This document shows, one piece after another, positions 17,983 through 27,281 of a stretch of DNA of 64,000 nucleotides. Numbering within the stretch: position 1 is the stretch's first letter; each line of letters begins with the position of its first letter. A model generated the notes under the pieces. It saw only the letters and a program-made list of their open reading frames with translations. It did no database searches and had not been told where the DNA came from. The position numbers were made by a program, and so were the translations under genes. Source of the DNA: Planctomycetota bacterium (GTDB lineage: Bacteria; Planctomycetota; SZUA-567; H5-PLA8); assembly GCA_038227875.1 (NCBI GenBank), contig JBBRPR010000009.1:96001-160000 (forward strand), in the 5' to 3' direction.

Positions 17983-19029
17983 TTACTTGACCAGGGGCTG
18001 ACCGTCAAACACGATCGTCTTCAACTTCTCTTCGACCTTCTTGGTCAATTCCGGCGCCAAGCGGGCGAAATTCGGGGCAGCCAGTTCCTGGCCGGCGTGT
18101 TCGCCCCACGTGATATAGCTGACCAGGGCCGTGGCCTGATCCTTGTTCTTCAGATAGGAGAGGTCTTCGTAGACCAGCAGGTAGGTGAACCCGCAGATCG
18201 GATAGGAGGCGTCGCCCGGGGCGTCGGTGATGCTGACGCGCATGTCGTCGGGGATTTCGATGACCGACTTGGCCGCTTCGTTGACGCCATCGATGCTGGC
18301 GCGGACCGGCTTGCCGGCCTTGTTGATCTGCGTGGCGTACGGAATCTTCGAGTTTTCCGCGAACGCCAGTTCGACGTAGCCGATGCCGCCGTCGGCGGTT
18401 TGAACAGCCTGCGCGACGCCGTCATTGCCCTTGCCGCCCAGACCTGTCGGCCACTTCACGGACGTGGCGTTGCCGACAGTCTTCTTCCAATCCGCGTTGA
18501 CCTTGGAAAGATAGTTGGTGAAGATCCAAGAGGTGCCCGAACCGTCCGAGCGGTGGACGACGACGATATCCTTGTCCGGCAGGTTGACGCCGGAATTGAG
18601 AGCCACCAGCTTGGGGTCGTTCCACTTGGTGATCTTGCCCATGTAGATGGCGGAAAGGACATCGCCGTTGAGCGTCAGATTCTGGACGCCTTCGAGCTTG
18701 TAGATGAGAACCACGGGGCCGGCGACGGTCGGCAGGTGCAGGATCTTGGCCGGCGCTGCCTTGAGCTGTTCGTCGGTCATCGGGGCGTCGGAGCCGGCGA
18801 ACTGGACGGTCCGGTCGGTGATCCCCTTGATGCCGCCGCCTGAACCGATGGCCTGGTAGTCGACCTTGATCGTGGCGTTGGCTTTATTGAATTCTGCCAC
18901 CCACTTGGAATATAAGGGAGCCGGGAACGTGGCACCTGCGCCATGGAGTTCAACATTCTCGGCCCGGGCTCCGGACATTCCGATTACCAGCACCGCACAC
19001 ACGGCGGCGAACCAACTCATTCTTACCAT
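17983..19029 (-). CDS. pstS: Phosphate ABC transporter substrate-binding protein PstS (copy 1, Sec signal)
   Basis: Same PstS motifs, signal peptide ending ARA, RBS GGAG. Confidence 0.94.
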   Translation of the reverse strand: MVRMSWFAAVCAVLVIGMSGARAENVELHGAGATFPAPLYSKWVAEFNKANATIKVDYQAIGSGGGIKGITDRTVQFAGSDAPMTDEQLKAAPAKILHLPTVAGPVVLIYKLEGVQNLTLNGDVLSAIYMGKITKWNDPKLVALNSGVNLPDKDIVVVHRSDGSGTSWIFTNYLSKVNADWKKTVGNATSVKWPTGLGGKGNDGVAQAVQTADGGIGYVELAFAENSKIPYATQINKAGKPVRASIDGVNEAAKSVIEIPDDMRVSITDAPGDASYPICGFTYLLVYEDLSYLKNKDQATALVSYITWGEHAGQELAAPNFARLAPELTKKVEEKLKTIVFDGQPLVK

Positions 19030-19344
19030 TGTACTTATCTCCTTCTCCCGTGATCGGGAAACTGTTTCTCTGTGTCACGATTAGACCATTGGAGAGTGAA
19101 CGGGGGTTGTGGGTCGTGTAAAGATTGGATGAAGACGGATTGCGGATCGGAGTCTCCAAGTAAGCCCTGAATTAGAGGATTGAACGAACGGAGGCGGGCG
19201 GCAAATAAGTTCAGCTGCTCGCATGTATTCTGATTGTCGAACCGTGTTCATTTGCTGCAAACCGGATCCGTGCTCGTTTCCCGCCTGTTGTCTCCGAAAT
19301 GACGCTCCGGTATTGTCACGCCAAAACCGAGGACTTTTCGACCC

Positions 19345-21708
19345 ATGGCCAAATCGATTCTCATTACGCAATGTTTGCAGCGGGATTTTATTGATCCGTT
19401 GTTGCCGCATGATCCGCTGCCGAATTGCCTGCATGTCGGGTATTCGGAGTCGGCGCGGTTGCTGGGGCATGATCCGGCGGCGGGGCCGATTGCGCAGTTG
19501 ATGCATTGGGCTCGCGCGCAGCGCGGCGATGACTTGGAGATCATCCATATTCGCGATTGGCACGACCGCAACGATCCCAAGCAGAGCGACCATCTGCGGA
19601 TGTTTGGCGAGCATTGCATCCAGGATACGCCCGGCGCGCAGCTGATCTTGAATCTCGATTCGGGCCTGGCGGGGCGGCGCAACGAGCGGACGGTCGATTC
19701 GATTGCGTTGAACGACTTCGAGCAGACGACGCTGGCGGCCCAGCTCGACGCGGCTATTGGAGGCGATCGCGAGAACGTGCGCATCGGCGTCGTCGGCGTG
19801 TGGACGGAAGCGAAGGTGAGCTTCCTGCTCTACGATTTGAAGACGCGCTACAACATTCAGGAACTGGCGACCTGCAGCGCGCTGACGGCCAGCGCGTCTC
19901 GCGCGCAGCACTTCAATGCGCTCGAACAGCTCAGCCGGATTCTCGGCGTGAAGGTTTTCGACACCGTGGGCGACCTGGTCGGCTGGCTGAGCCCGGGAAG
20001 CAGCACGCAATTGCCTGGCGATAAAGCAACGTTCGGGCACCGCGTGCTGATGAAGGGCACCACCGCCACCCAGGTCGGAATGCCGGCGCTGACGGAGAGC
20101 GACCAGGACATTGTCGGGTATCTCTACCGCGACAGTTCGGCGGTGAATCTGGAGCCGCTGTCGGGCGGCTTTTCTGGAGCGTTGGTGTTTCGCGCGACAA
20201 GCGCCGATGCGCTGGGGCACCAGCAGGCGCCGTCGGTGGTGAAACTGGGGCCGAACAAATTGATCGGCGCGGAGCGCGTGGCGTTCGAGCGCGTCGAGGA
20301 GATTCTGGGGAACAACGCGCCGAGCGTGCGCGGCTTTGCGGAGATCGGATCGCGCGCGGGGATCAAGTATTCGTTTGCGTCGATGGGGCAGGGAAAGGTC
20401 CGGTCGCTGAAGGGGCTCTTTGATGGCAATCAGCCTGTGGAAAAAATCGACGGCGTGCTGAAATGCGTGTTCGGGGAAGTGCTGCGGCCGTTTTATTCTG
20501 CGGCGCGCTACGAGCGGATGCCGCTGCTGGAGCACTATCGGTTCTCGCCGGAATTCGCGCCGCACGTGCGGAAGAACGTGGAGGCGATCGTCGGCACTGC
20601 CGCGGCGGGAAAATCGCGCCTGGAGTTTGCGGGCGGATACGTCGCCGACAACCTGTGCGGATTCTACGAATCGTTTTTGAAGAACGCTCAGCCGGATCCC
20701 GGCGAATCGCATTTCGTCTCGTATGTGCATGGCGATTTGAATGGTGCCAACATTCTCGTCGACGGGCGTGACAACGTCTGGATCATCGATTTCTTCCACA
20801 CGGCACCGGGGCACGTGCTGAAGGATCTGGTGAAGCTCGAGAACGATCTGCTCTACATCTTCACGCCGATTCCGGATCGCGAAACGCTGGCCGAAGCGCT
20901 GCTCATCACGCGGGCGCTGCGGGCGGTGGAGGATCTGGCCTCACCGCTGCCGGAAGCGATTGCGGGAATCAAGTCTCCGCAGTTGCTGCGCGCGTGGGCG
21001 ATGTTGCGGACGCTGCGTGGATTCGTGAGCGAGTATTGCAGGTCGGACCGGCATCCGGTGCAGATGGACATTGCGCTGCTGCGCTACGCGGCGCACACGT
21101 TGTCGTTTGATGAATCCTCACCGCTGCAAAAAGAATGGGCGCTGGCGGCAGCGTGCGGCTACGCGGAAGACGTGGTGAAGACGCGGCGCGCGGAAGAAGT
21201 GTTGCGCATCGATTGGATCGGGCTGCCCGGGCCAAAAGGCCCGGCCGGGCGTTTGGGAATCACGATCTGTCCGGGCCGGCGGGATCGCGGGCGGGATTTG
21301 GCGGCGGATCTGGAGGTGCTCGCGAACGAAAAAGTTTCGCGCGTGATTTGCATGGTGACCGACGCGGAACTGGAGTGGGCCGGCGTGCGCGAATTGGGCA
21401 GCGCAGTAAACGCGCGGGGGATGCAGTTCCGGCATTTCCCGGTGGCCGACCAGAACGTGCCAGCGCTCGACGACACGGTGGATCTGGTGCGCTGGATCCT
21501 GGCGGCGCTTCACGCGAAAGAAAACGTGGTGATTCATTGCATGGGCGGCTTGGGGCGCAGCGGGACGCTGGCGTCGTGCGTGCTGACGGCGCTGGGATCG
21601 GACGCGGCCTCGGCGATTGCGGCGGTGCGCAGTTCGCGCGGCCCGCGCGCGGTGGAGGTGCGGCGGCAGGAGGAGTTTGTGGAGGGGTTTGCGGGGCAGA
21701 AGGGCTAA
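19345..21708 (+). CDS. Three-domain protein: isochorismatase/nicotinamidase-like, APH/TCAD9-like kinase, and CDKN3-like CX5R phosphatase
   Basis: N-terminus: QCLQRDF, RDWH, FGEHC, GVWTEAKV. Middle: LSGGFSGALVF, VVK, HGDLNGANILVD, IIDF. C-terminus: GRLGITICPG, FPVADQNVP, IHCMGGLGRSG. Confidence 0.85.
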   Translation: MAKSILITQCLQRDFIDPLLPHDPLPNCLHVGYSESARLLGHDPAAGPIAQLMHWARAQRGDDLEIIHIRDWHDRNDPKQSDHLRMFGEHCIQDTPGAQLILNLDSGLAGRRNERTVDSIALNDFEQTTLAAQLDAAIGGDRENVRIGVVGVWTEAKVSFLLYDLKTRYNIQELATCSALTASASRAQHFNALEQLSRILGVKVFDTVGDLVGWLSPGSSTQLPGDKATFGHRVLMKGTTATQVGMPALTESDQDIVGYLYRDSSAVNLEPLSGGFSGALVFRATSADALGHQQAPSVVKLGPNKLIGAERVAFERVEEILGNNAPSVRGFAEIGSRAGIKYSFASMGQGKVRSLKGLFDGNQPVEKIDGVLKCVFGEVLRPFYSAARYERMPLLEHYRFSPEFAPHVRKNVEAIVGTAAAGKSRLEFAGGYVADNLCGFYESFLKNAQPDPGESHFVSYVHGDLNGANILVDGRDNVWIIDFFHTAPGHVLKDLVKLENDLLYIFTPIPDRETLAEALLITRALRAVEDLASPLPEAIAGIKSPQLLRAWAMLRTLRGFVSEYCRSDRHPVQMDIALLRYAAHTLSFDESSPLQKEWALAAACGYAEDVVKTRRAEEVLRIDWIGLPGPKGPAGRLGITICPGRRDRGRDLAADLEVLANEKVSRVICMVTDAELEWAGVRELGSAVNARGMQFRHFPVADQNVPALDDTVDLVRWILAALHAKENVVIHCMGGLGRSGTLASCVLTALGSDAASAIAAVRSSRGPRAVEVRRQEEFVEGFAGQKG

Positions 21709-21764
21709 GGACTGAGGACTGCGCATTTGGCCTTGCAGGTCCTAAAGCGTGCATTCACTCAATA

Positions 21765-21793
21765 AAAATCCCCCGCTGAATGCGGGGGATTTT
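21765..21793. terminator. Bidirectional intrinsic terminator
   Basis: aaaatcccccgc-tgaat-gcgggggatttt between convergent genes. Confidence 0.8.
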
Positions 21794-21812
21794 CATTCCT
21801 TCTTCGACATTC

Positions 21813-22493
21813 CTAGTCCCGGCTCTTGCTCATCTCAGAGCGGTCGAGCATCGTGACGCCGTCGCCGCTGTCGAACATGCCGACAATGGTGTAGATGCCG
21901 GTGCCGGTGACTGGAAAGAGGATGCCGTTCATTTTGGAACCGGAGGCGACGTCGGCGCGCGCGCCCTTGTCATCGTAAACGTCCTTGGTGATGGCCTGCC
22001 AGGTCTTGCTGCCGGCATCGTAGGTCAGCACAACCTGCGTGCGGTTTTTGGCGTTGTCGCCGAGGTTGAAGCGTTCGTCGGCGCTGATGCGCAGGCTGAT
22101 GGAGAGGCGGTACGTGCCGTCGGCGTTGGGCGTGAGGCCGGCCTGGAGCGCGTTGTCTTTTTCGACGCGCATCTGGCTTTTTCCGAACTCGGCGGCAGTG
22201 ATCGCTGCCACGGGGTCGCGCCCGACTTTTTCGTCCTTCTGCGCGGCGACAACGGCTTCGAACGAGGAGTCCTTCGAGTTCTGTTTGCGCAGCTTTTCAA
22301 GCCCCATCGAGAGCACTTTCTTTGGGTCGGCGGGATCCACCATCAGATACAGCGACCACGCGCTGTAACCCGCGGCGTGCGGACAGAGCACGAAGACGGG
22401 CTGCTTGACACCCGCGTCGGCGGCGCGCGCTGACGTGAGGCTCAACAGTGTGGCCGACAAAGCGAGCACCGATAGCGAACGAATGAAGCGCAT
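21813..22493 (-). CDS. Hypothetical secreted protein
   Basis: Signal peptide ending ARA, RBS GGAGG, 226 aa, no recognised motif. Confidence 0.65.
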   Translation of the reverse strand: MRFIRSLSVLALSATLLSLTSARAADAGVKQPVFVLCPHAAGYSAWSLYLMVDPADPKKVLSMGLEKLRKQNSKDSSFEAVVAAQKDEKVGRDPVAAITAAEFGKSQMRVEKDNALQAGLTPNADGTYRLSISLRISADERFNLGDNAKNRTQVVLTYDAGSKTWQAITKDVYDDKGARADVASGSKMNGILFPVTGTGIYTIVGMFDSGDGVTMLDRSEMSKSRD

Positions 22494-22593
22494 TCAAATC
22501 CCTCCAGAGCCTCAATTACAGACGCCGCAAGCTAAACGGGGAATGATATATTCGCGAGTATTTTCTGTCAGATAGTTCCGTCTTTCCTACTGC

Positions 22594-22965
22594 TCAATTT
22601 CCCGCAACTCCCACAGTTTCTATAACGCGGTTAAGTTCGAGAGGCTTGGCCAGCACCTTTTGAATACCGAGCATGCGGGCAAGAACGTCAGCGCGATTGG
22701 AGGCGGTCATCAGCACTACCTTCGCGAGGGGGTGGTGCCAGCCGGTGTATTCCAGGAATTTCGTCGCGCTGGGTCCGGGCATCATGTAATCGAGCAGAAT
22801 CGTAGTGACCGAGCGCCCGTCCAGGATCGACATTGCCTCTTCGCGATCCACAGCACAGACGACCGAGTAGCCTTTTTTCTTCAAAAAGTACGACAACATT
22901 TCGCGGGTCTCGAAGTCGTCGTCAACAATGAGAACGTCGGCGTTGGGAAGGGTCGCGTTTTTCAT
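22594..22965 (-). CDS. Single-domain response regulator (receiver)
   Basis: VLIVDDD, ILLDYMMP, VLMTA, LAKP. Confidence 0.88.
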   Translation of the reverse strand: MKNATLPNADVLIVDDDFETREMLSYFLKKKGYSVVCAVDREEAMSILDGRSVTTILLDYMMPGPSATKFLEYTGWHHPLAKVVLMTASNRADVLARMLGIQKVLAKPLELNRVIETVGVAGN

Positions 22966-23058
22966 GGGTGGACTGCCTCTGAAGTCGTGCGATCCGCTGC
23001 ATAGCGTTCAGACCGGGAGGCTCACGCGAACGTCCGCGTGAGCGCCCCAATCCGAGCG

Positions 23059-24033
23059 CTAGTTGGCGCTCGCTGTTTCATGGGTTGAATCGTGCTTTGG
23101 AGTTGCATCCGCACTGCCACGCTGGCAGACGGTCTGCCGCCAAACTTTGCGCGCGGGAGTCGCACAGACTTCGCGCGTGCGGTCTTCGTACCGGGCCGGA
23201 ACTGCGATGCGGCGTTCACACGCCTGCTTGACGCAGACCTGGCGTTCAACGGTCTTGAATTCCGCGGGGATCACGTCGTATGTCTTCTCGGCTTTGCGAA
23301 CGCAAACCTGCTTGGTGCGCATTTCGTAGACGGCGGGAATCGGGATGCGGATTTCGCTTTCGGGCTTCACGCAGACGCGCTTGGTGACGGTCTTGTAGAC
23401 GGGCGGAATCACGCGTTCGGCGCAGCGTTCGGGCGTCACGCAGACCTGGCGGGTGCGGGTTTCGAACTTGGCCGGGATGGCCACGAGGCAGTAGCAGGAA
23501 TCCTTGCTTTCATGCGCGGCCAGATCGGACGCGGCGCATTCGCTGCGGCGCCATTCGGTGCGGGCCGGCGAACCGCAGACCTGGTATTCTTCGGTCCGGA
23601 AGGTGGCGGGAATCGTGTAGCGTTCGCGCTTTTCACCACAGACCATCACCTGCTCGGTGCGGTCTTCGTACACGGCGGGAATCTTTTCCTTGCGGCAGGT
23701 CTCGTCCTTGACGCAGACACGGTAGCTTTCGGTCTTGTATTCAGCGGGAATTTCGCGGCAGACCTTGCTTTCGGGGCGCACGCAAACGCGTTCGCTGCGC
23801 GTCTCGTAGACGGCAGGGATCGGTTCGACACGGCAGGTTTCCGGCGCGACCATCACGCGTTCGGTCACGGTTTTGTACTGCGGCGGCAGTTCCACGAGGC
23901 ACCAGCATTCGCCGGGCTGCGCCTGCGGCGGTTTGCCGCCATCAAACGCGATTTCATCGGACGCGCGAACGCCAAAGTTCAGTGAACTCCAGACCGACGC
24001 GACTGCAATAAACATGGACAGTTTGCGATTCAT
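23059..24033 (-). CDS. Secreted Cys-rich protein of ten 23-aa IPAxY/FxT repeats
   Basis: Start reassigned to ATG 24033 (RBS GGAGAGG) with a signal peptide. Repeats such as IPAVYETRSERVCVRPESKVCRE occur in two blocks of five. Confidence 0.75.
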   Translation of the reverse strand: MNRKLSMFIAVASVWSSLNFGVRASDEIAFDGGKPPQAQPGECWCLVELPPQYKTVTERVMVAPETCRVEPIPAVYETRSERVCVRPESKVCREIPAEYKTESYRVCVKDETCRKEKIPAVYEDRTEQVMVCGEKRERYTIPATFRTEEYQVCGSPARTEWRRSECAASDLAAHESKDSCYCLVAIPAKFETRTRQVCVTPERCAERVIPPVYKTVTKRVCVKPESEIRIPIPAVYEMRTKQVCVRKAEKTYDVIPAEFKTVERQVCVKQACERRIAVPARYEDRTREVCATPARKVWRQTVCQRGSADATPKHDSTHETASAN

Positions 24034-24464
24034 TTGGTTTTCCCCTCTCCAGAACCTATTTCGATCACCGGGCACACGCCGGAAACTCATCCCACGGGCA
24101 AGCTGGACGCACGCCATGTGCCAAGTGTGAAATTGCGGTAAACGGCCATGGAGCGTGAGAATAGAGGCGCTAACTCCGTTCGGGCGCAAACGAAATACAG
24201 ATGGCGCCCACTGATTTCAGATGTCGAAGTTGGCGTAGAATTTCACAGTCCGGCAAAGTAGGGGCGGCGAACGTGAATATCAGACATCGGCTCCCGATAA
24301 TCGGTGAGTTGGCGAATAGACGCCGGCGGCTCTCCTGGGAGCAAGGCTGTGTCACAGTAGTAGGTAGTGGATTTATATGCCGTTGGCATCTGACTCGCTT
24401 TGTAGTGATGACGGACGTGTTTATTCAGGCACGACAAGGTCAAGTTACTCGAAAGGATTCGATC

Positions 24465-26468
24465 ATGAGGCATACCACTATTCTGCTGGGGGCATTGCTC
24501 CTAGCGTTTTCAGTTTCGGTCGCACCGAACGTGCTTGGAGCAGACGGCGTCGACGACGTGATTCGCATGTCGCGAGCCGGCGTCAGTGAAGATGTGCTGA
24601 ACGCGTACGTTCAGGACTCGAAACTCAGCTACGACGACATGTCGGCCGAGGACATTCAGGCGCTGCAGGATAATGGCGTGCCGTCGACGGTGATTGTGAA
24701 CATGATCGACCACGGTAAGGATGTGGCCGCCGCTCCCGTGAACACGGCAGTACCGGACAACGGCGATCCGGCCGCGGTAGACGTGGACGTGTCCGCCGCG
24801 GACACGGTGCTGGCGCCGGAATCTGACGACGCGAATATCACTTATTTTTATCAAGCGCTGGCCCCAGATGGCCGCTGGCAGCAGGTCGACGACCTGGGTT
24901 GGTGCTGGCAGCCGCGCGTGGCGGTGCAGGCCGATTGGCGCCCGTACACCAACGATGGACATTGGGTCTGGAGCGACGCGGGCTGGTTTTTCGAAAGCGA
25001 TTACCGCTGGAGCTGGGCGGCGTTTCACTACGGCCGCTGGCAGCATCACGAACGCGTGGGCTGGATCTGGCAGCCGGGCACCGAATGGGCGCCGGCGTGG
25101 GTCAGCTGGCGCGAGAGCGACAACCATTATGGCTGGGCGCCGCTGCCGCCGGATTCGCATTTCGAATCGGGTGTCGGCTTCACCTTTCACAACAAGCACG
25201 TCGGACTCGCGTTTGACTTCGGCTTGAGCGACCGCGACTACACGTTCGTACCTTCGGATCGGTTCCTGGAAACGAATCTCGCCATCGTGGCGCTGCCCCG
25301 CGACCGCAACCGCGACGTGTTTCGACAGACGACGATCGTAAACAACACGTATGTCTACAACGACAACCGCATCATCAACAACGGCGTCTCAGTCCGTCAG
25401 GTGCAGCAGCGTACCAACCGGAAGCTCGAAGCCGTGGCGATCTCCGACGCGAAGATCCGCCCGGGCGATGCCATCCGCGGTGAAGCGCGCGAAAAGAACT
25501 CGATCGCTGTGTTCCGTCCGAAGATCCAGAAAGCCGCGCCGAAGGATCCGCCCGCGGCGATCGCCAAAAATACGTATGTGAAGCATGACGACAAAGCGCC
25601 CGCACGGACGGCACGCCCCGATCGTACTGAACGTCCCGTGCGCCCGGTGAACACCGTCAGCGCCGCCGCGGCCAAGTCGCGCGTCGCCGAAGAACTGGCC
25701 AAGCGCAAAGCCAATCCCGTCGTGAAGAAGGAAGCTGCCGCGCAGCGCCGCGACGACCGCGTCGAGCAGGCGAAGGAGCAGACGCAGAATCGCGAGCAGG
25801 CGCGCGAACAGAATAAGGACGAAGCCGCGAAGATTCAGGCGGAACGTCAAGCCAAGCTGGAAGCAGAAAAGAACGCCCGCGAACAAGGTCGCGAGCAGAA
25901 TCAGAACGAAGCGGCGAAGGCGCAGGCTGAACGCCAGGCCAAGCTGGAAGCCGAGAAGAACACCCGCGAACAGGCGCGCGAGCAGAATCAGAACGAAGCG
26001 GCGAAGGCGCAGGCTGAACGCCAGGCCAAGCTGGAAGCCGAGAAGAACACCCGCGAACAGGCGCGCGAGCAGAGTCAGAATGAAGCGGCGAAGGTCCAGG
26101 CCGAACGCCAGGCCAAGCTGGAAGCGGAAAAGAACGCGCGCGGCCAGGCAGCTGAGCAGAACAAGAATGAAGCGGCGAAGGCCCAAGCCGAACGTCAGGC
26201 AAAGCTGGAGGCCGAGAAGAACACGCGCGAGCAGGCGCGTGAGCAGAACCAGAACGACGCGGCGAAGGCTCAGGCCGAACGGCAGGCCCGGGTGGAAGCC
26301 GAGAAGGCGGCACGGGAGGCGAAGAAGCCCGAGCCCGCGCCAAAGGCCGACAACGCTCCGAAGACCGCGGCCGAACGAAAGACCGACGCCGAGAAGGAAC
26401 GCGCCGATCGCGTGCAGGAACGCGAAGACAAGCGTGAGGAACAGAAAGCCAAGCGCGACGAGAAGTAG
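24465..26468 (+). CDS. Secreted DUF6600-like Trp-rich protein with charged helical C-terminal repeats
   Basis: Start at ATG 24465 (RBS AAGGA) with a signal peptide. WRPYTNDGHWVW...WAAFHYGRW...WAPAWVSW...GWAPLPP motif. Confidence 0.75.
   Translation: MRHTTILLGALLLAFSVSVAPNVLGADGVDDVIRMSRAGVSEDVLNAYVQDSKLSYDDMSAEDIQALQDNGVPSTVIVNMIDHGKDVAAAPVNTAVPDNGDPAAVDVDVSAADTVLAPESDDANITYFYQALAPDGRWQQVDDLGWCWQPRVAVQADWRPYTNDGHWVWSDAGWFFESDYRWSWAAFHYGRWQHHERVGWIWQPGTEWAPAWVSWRESDNHYGWAPLPPDSHFESGVGFTFHNKHVGLAFDFGLSDRDYTFVPSDRFLETNLAIVALPRDRNRDVFRQTTIVNNTYVYNDNRIINNGVSVRQVQQRTNRKLEAVAISDAKIRPGDAIRGEAREKNSIAVFRPKIQKAAPKDPPAAIAKNTYVKHDDKAPARTARPDRTERPVRPVNTVSAAAAKSRVAEELAKRKANPVVKKEAAAQRRDDRVEQAKEQTQNREQAREQNKDEAAKIQAERQAKLEAEKNAREQGREQNQNEAAKAQAERQAKLEAEKNTREQAREQNQNEAAKAQAERQAKLEAEKNTREQAREQSQNEAAKVQAERQAKLEAEKNARGQAAEQNKNEAAKAQAERQAKLEAEKNTREQAREQNQNDAAKAQAERQARVEAEKAAREAKKPEPAPKADNAPKTAAERKTDAEKERADRVQEREDKREEQKAKRDEK
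25803..26324 (+). repeat. Six tandem 87-bp (29-aa) coding repeats REQNQNEAAKAQAERQAKLEAEKNTREQA
   Basis: Visible in both DNA and protein; copies 2 and 3 are essentially identical. Confidence 0.92.
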
Positions 26469-26478
26469 TTTTTGTCGG

Positions 26479-26545
26479 AAGAATGGCCACTTCGCCATTC
26501 TTGAGCCTCGGAGCGAACGGTGCGTTGAGCGCCGTTCGCTCCGAG
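26479..26545. terminator. Two tandem hairpins between convergent genes (possible terminator/stabiliser)
   Basis: aagaatggc-cacttc-gccattctt and ctcggagcgaacgg...ccgttcgctccgag. Confidence 0.5.
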
Positions 26546-26549
26546 CTGT

Positions 26550-27254
26550 TTATAGCGCGAGAATTTTCGGCCGGAGGAACGCGCCGAGATGACGGTACAT
26601 CTGTTTCGAAAAATGCAAGTCGTCAGCGGCGAACATCTCCGGTTTGGGACGGCCGTTGGAATCGAGCAACAGATGCAGGTAATCGACGAATTCCAGCCGC
26701 GTCGCTGAGCGGGCGCAGAACGGTTGAATGCGCGCGTTGGCCTGGCGGATGTATGACCAGAGTGGCTCATCGCAGGGCGAAGGATGGATTGCCAGATAAA
26801 GGATCGCGGTCACGCTCGGAACGTGCGCCGCGACGAGTTCCGCAAAGAGCCGGAAGCCGATTTCCGCGTTGCGCGCGCCGGTTTCGCCCTGGCAGGAAAT
26901 ATCGTTGTCGCCGGCGCAGTAGACGATCACGCGGGGTTGTCTCGGCAGGATGAGCGCCTGAAAGCTGACGAGCACTTCCCACGTGCGCGCGCCGCCAAAA
27001 CCGAGATTCAACGCCGGGAGATCCGCGAAGAATTCCGCGAACCCATTCGCGTCACTCCAGAGGCGCATGTCCGAGTCGCCCACGAAAAGCACCGGACCCG
27101 GCGCCGCCGCCGAATGCAACGCCGCGAGCTTCTCCACCTGATTCCGGAAGCGGATCTCCGGGATCACCATGCCCTGCCGTTCGAGAAAGGATTGATCGAT
27201 CAGCGGAAAATCGCGATTCAAAGTCGAAACACTTCCCAAACCCGTCGGCTCCAA
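26550..27254 (-). CDS. SGNH/GDSL-family hydrolase
   Basis: LFVGDS (block I), NLGFGG, YCAGDND, DDLH (block V). Confidence 0.85.
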   Translation of the reverse strand: MEPTGLGSVSTLNRDFPLIDQSFLERQGMVIPEIRFRNQVEKLAALHSAAAPGPVLFVGDSDMRLWSDANGFAEFFADLPALNLGFGGARTWEVLVSFQALILPRQPRVIVYCAGDNDISCQGETGARNAEIGFRLFAELVAAHVPSVTAILYLAIHPSPCDEPLWSYIRQANARIQPFCARSATRLEFVDYLHLLLDSNGRPKPEMFAADDLHFSKQMYRHLGAFLRPKILAL

Positions 27255-27281
27255 TTCAGTTCGTGCCGTTCATTAGGCGGG

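Noticed and set aside
19030..19344. Pho box upstream of pstS
   Set aside because: Only isolated TGTCA-like half-sites; no convincing 11-bp-spaced direct repeat.
25803..26324. Possible CRISPR array
   Set aside because: Contiguous in-frame coding repeats with no unique spacers, and no cas genes in the window.
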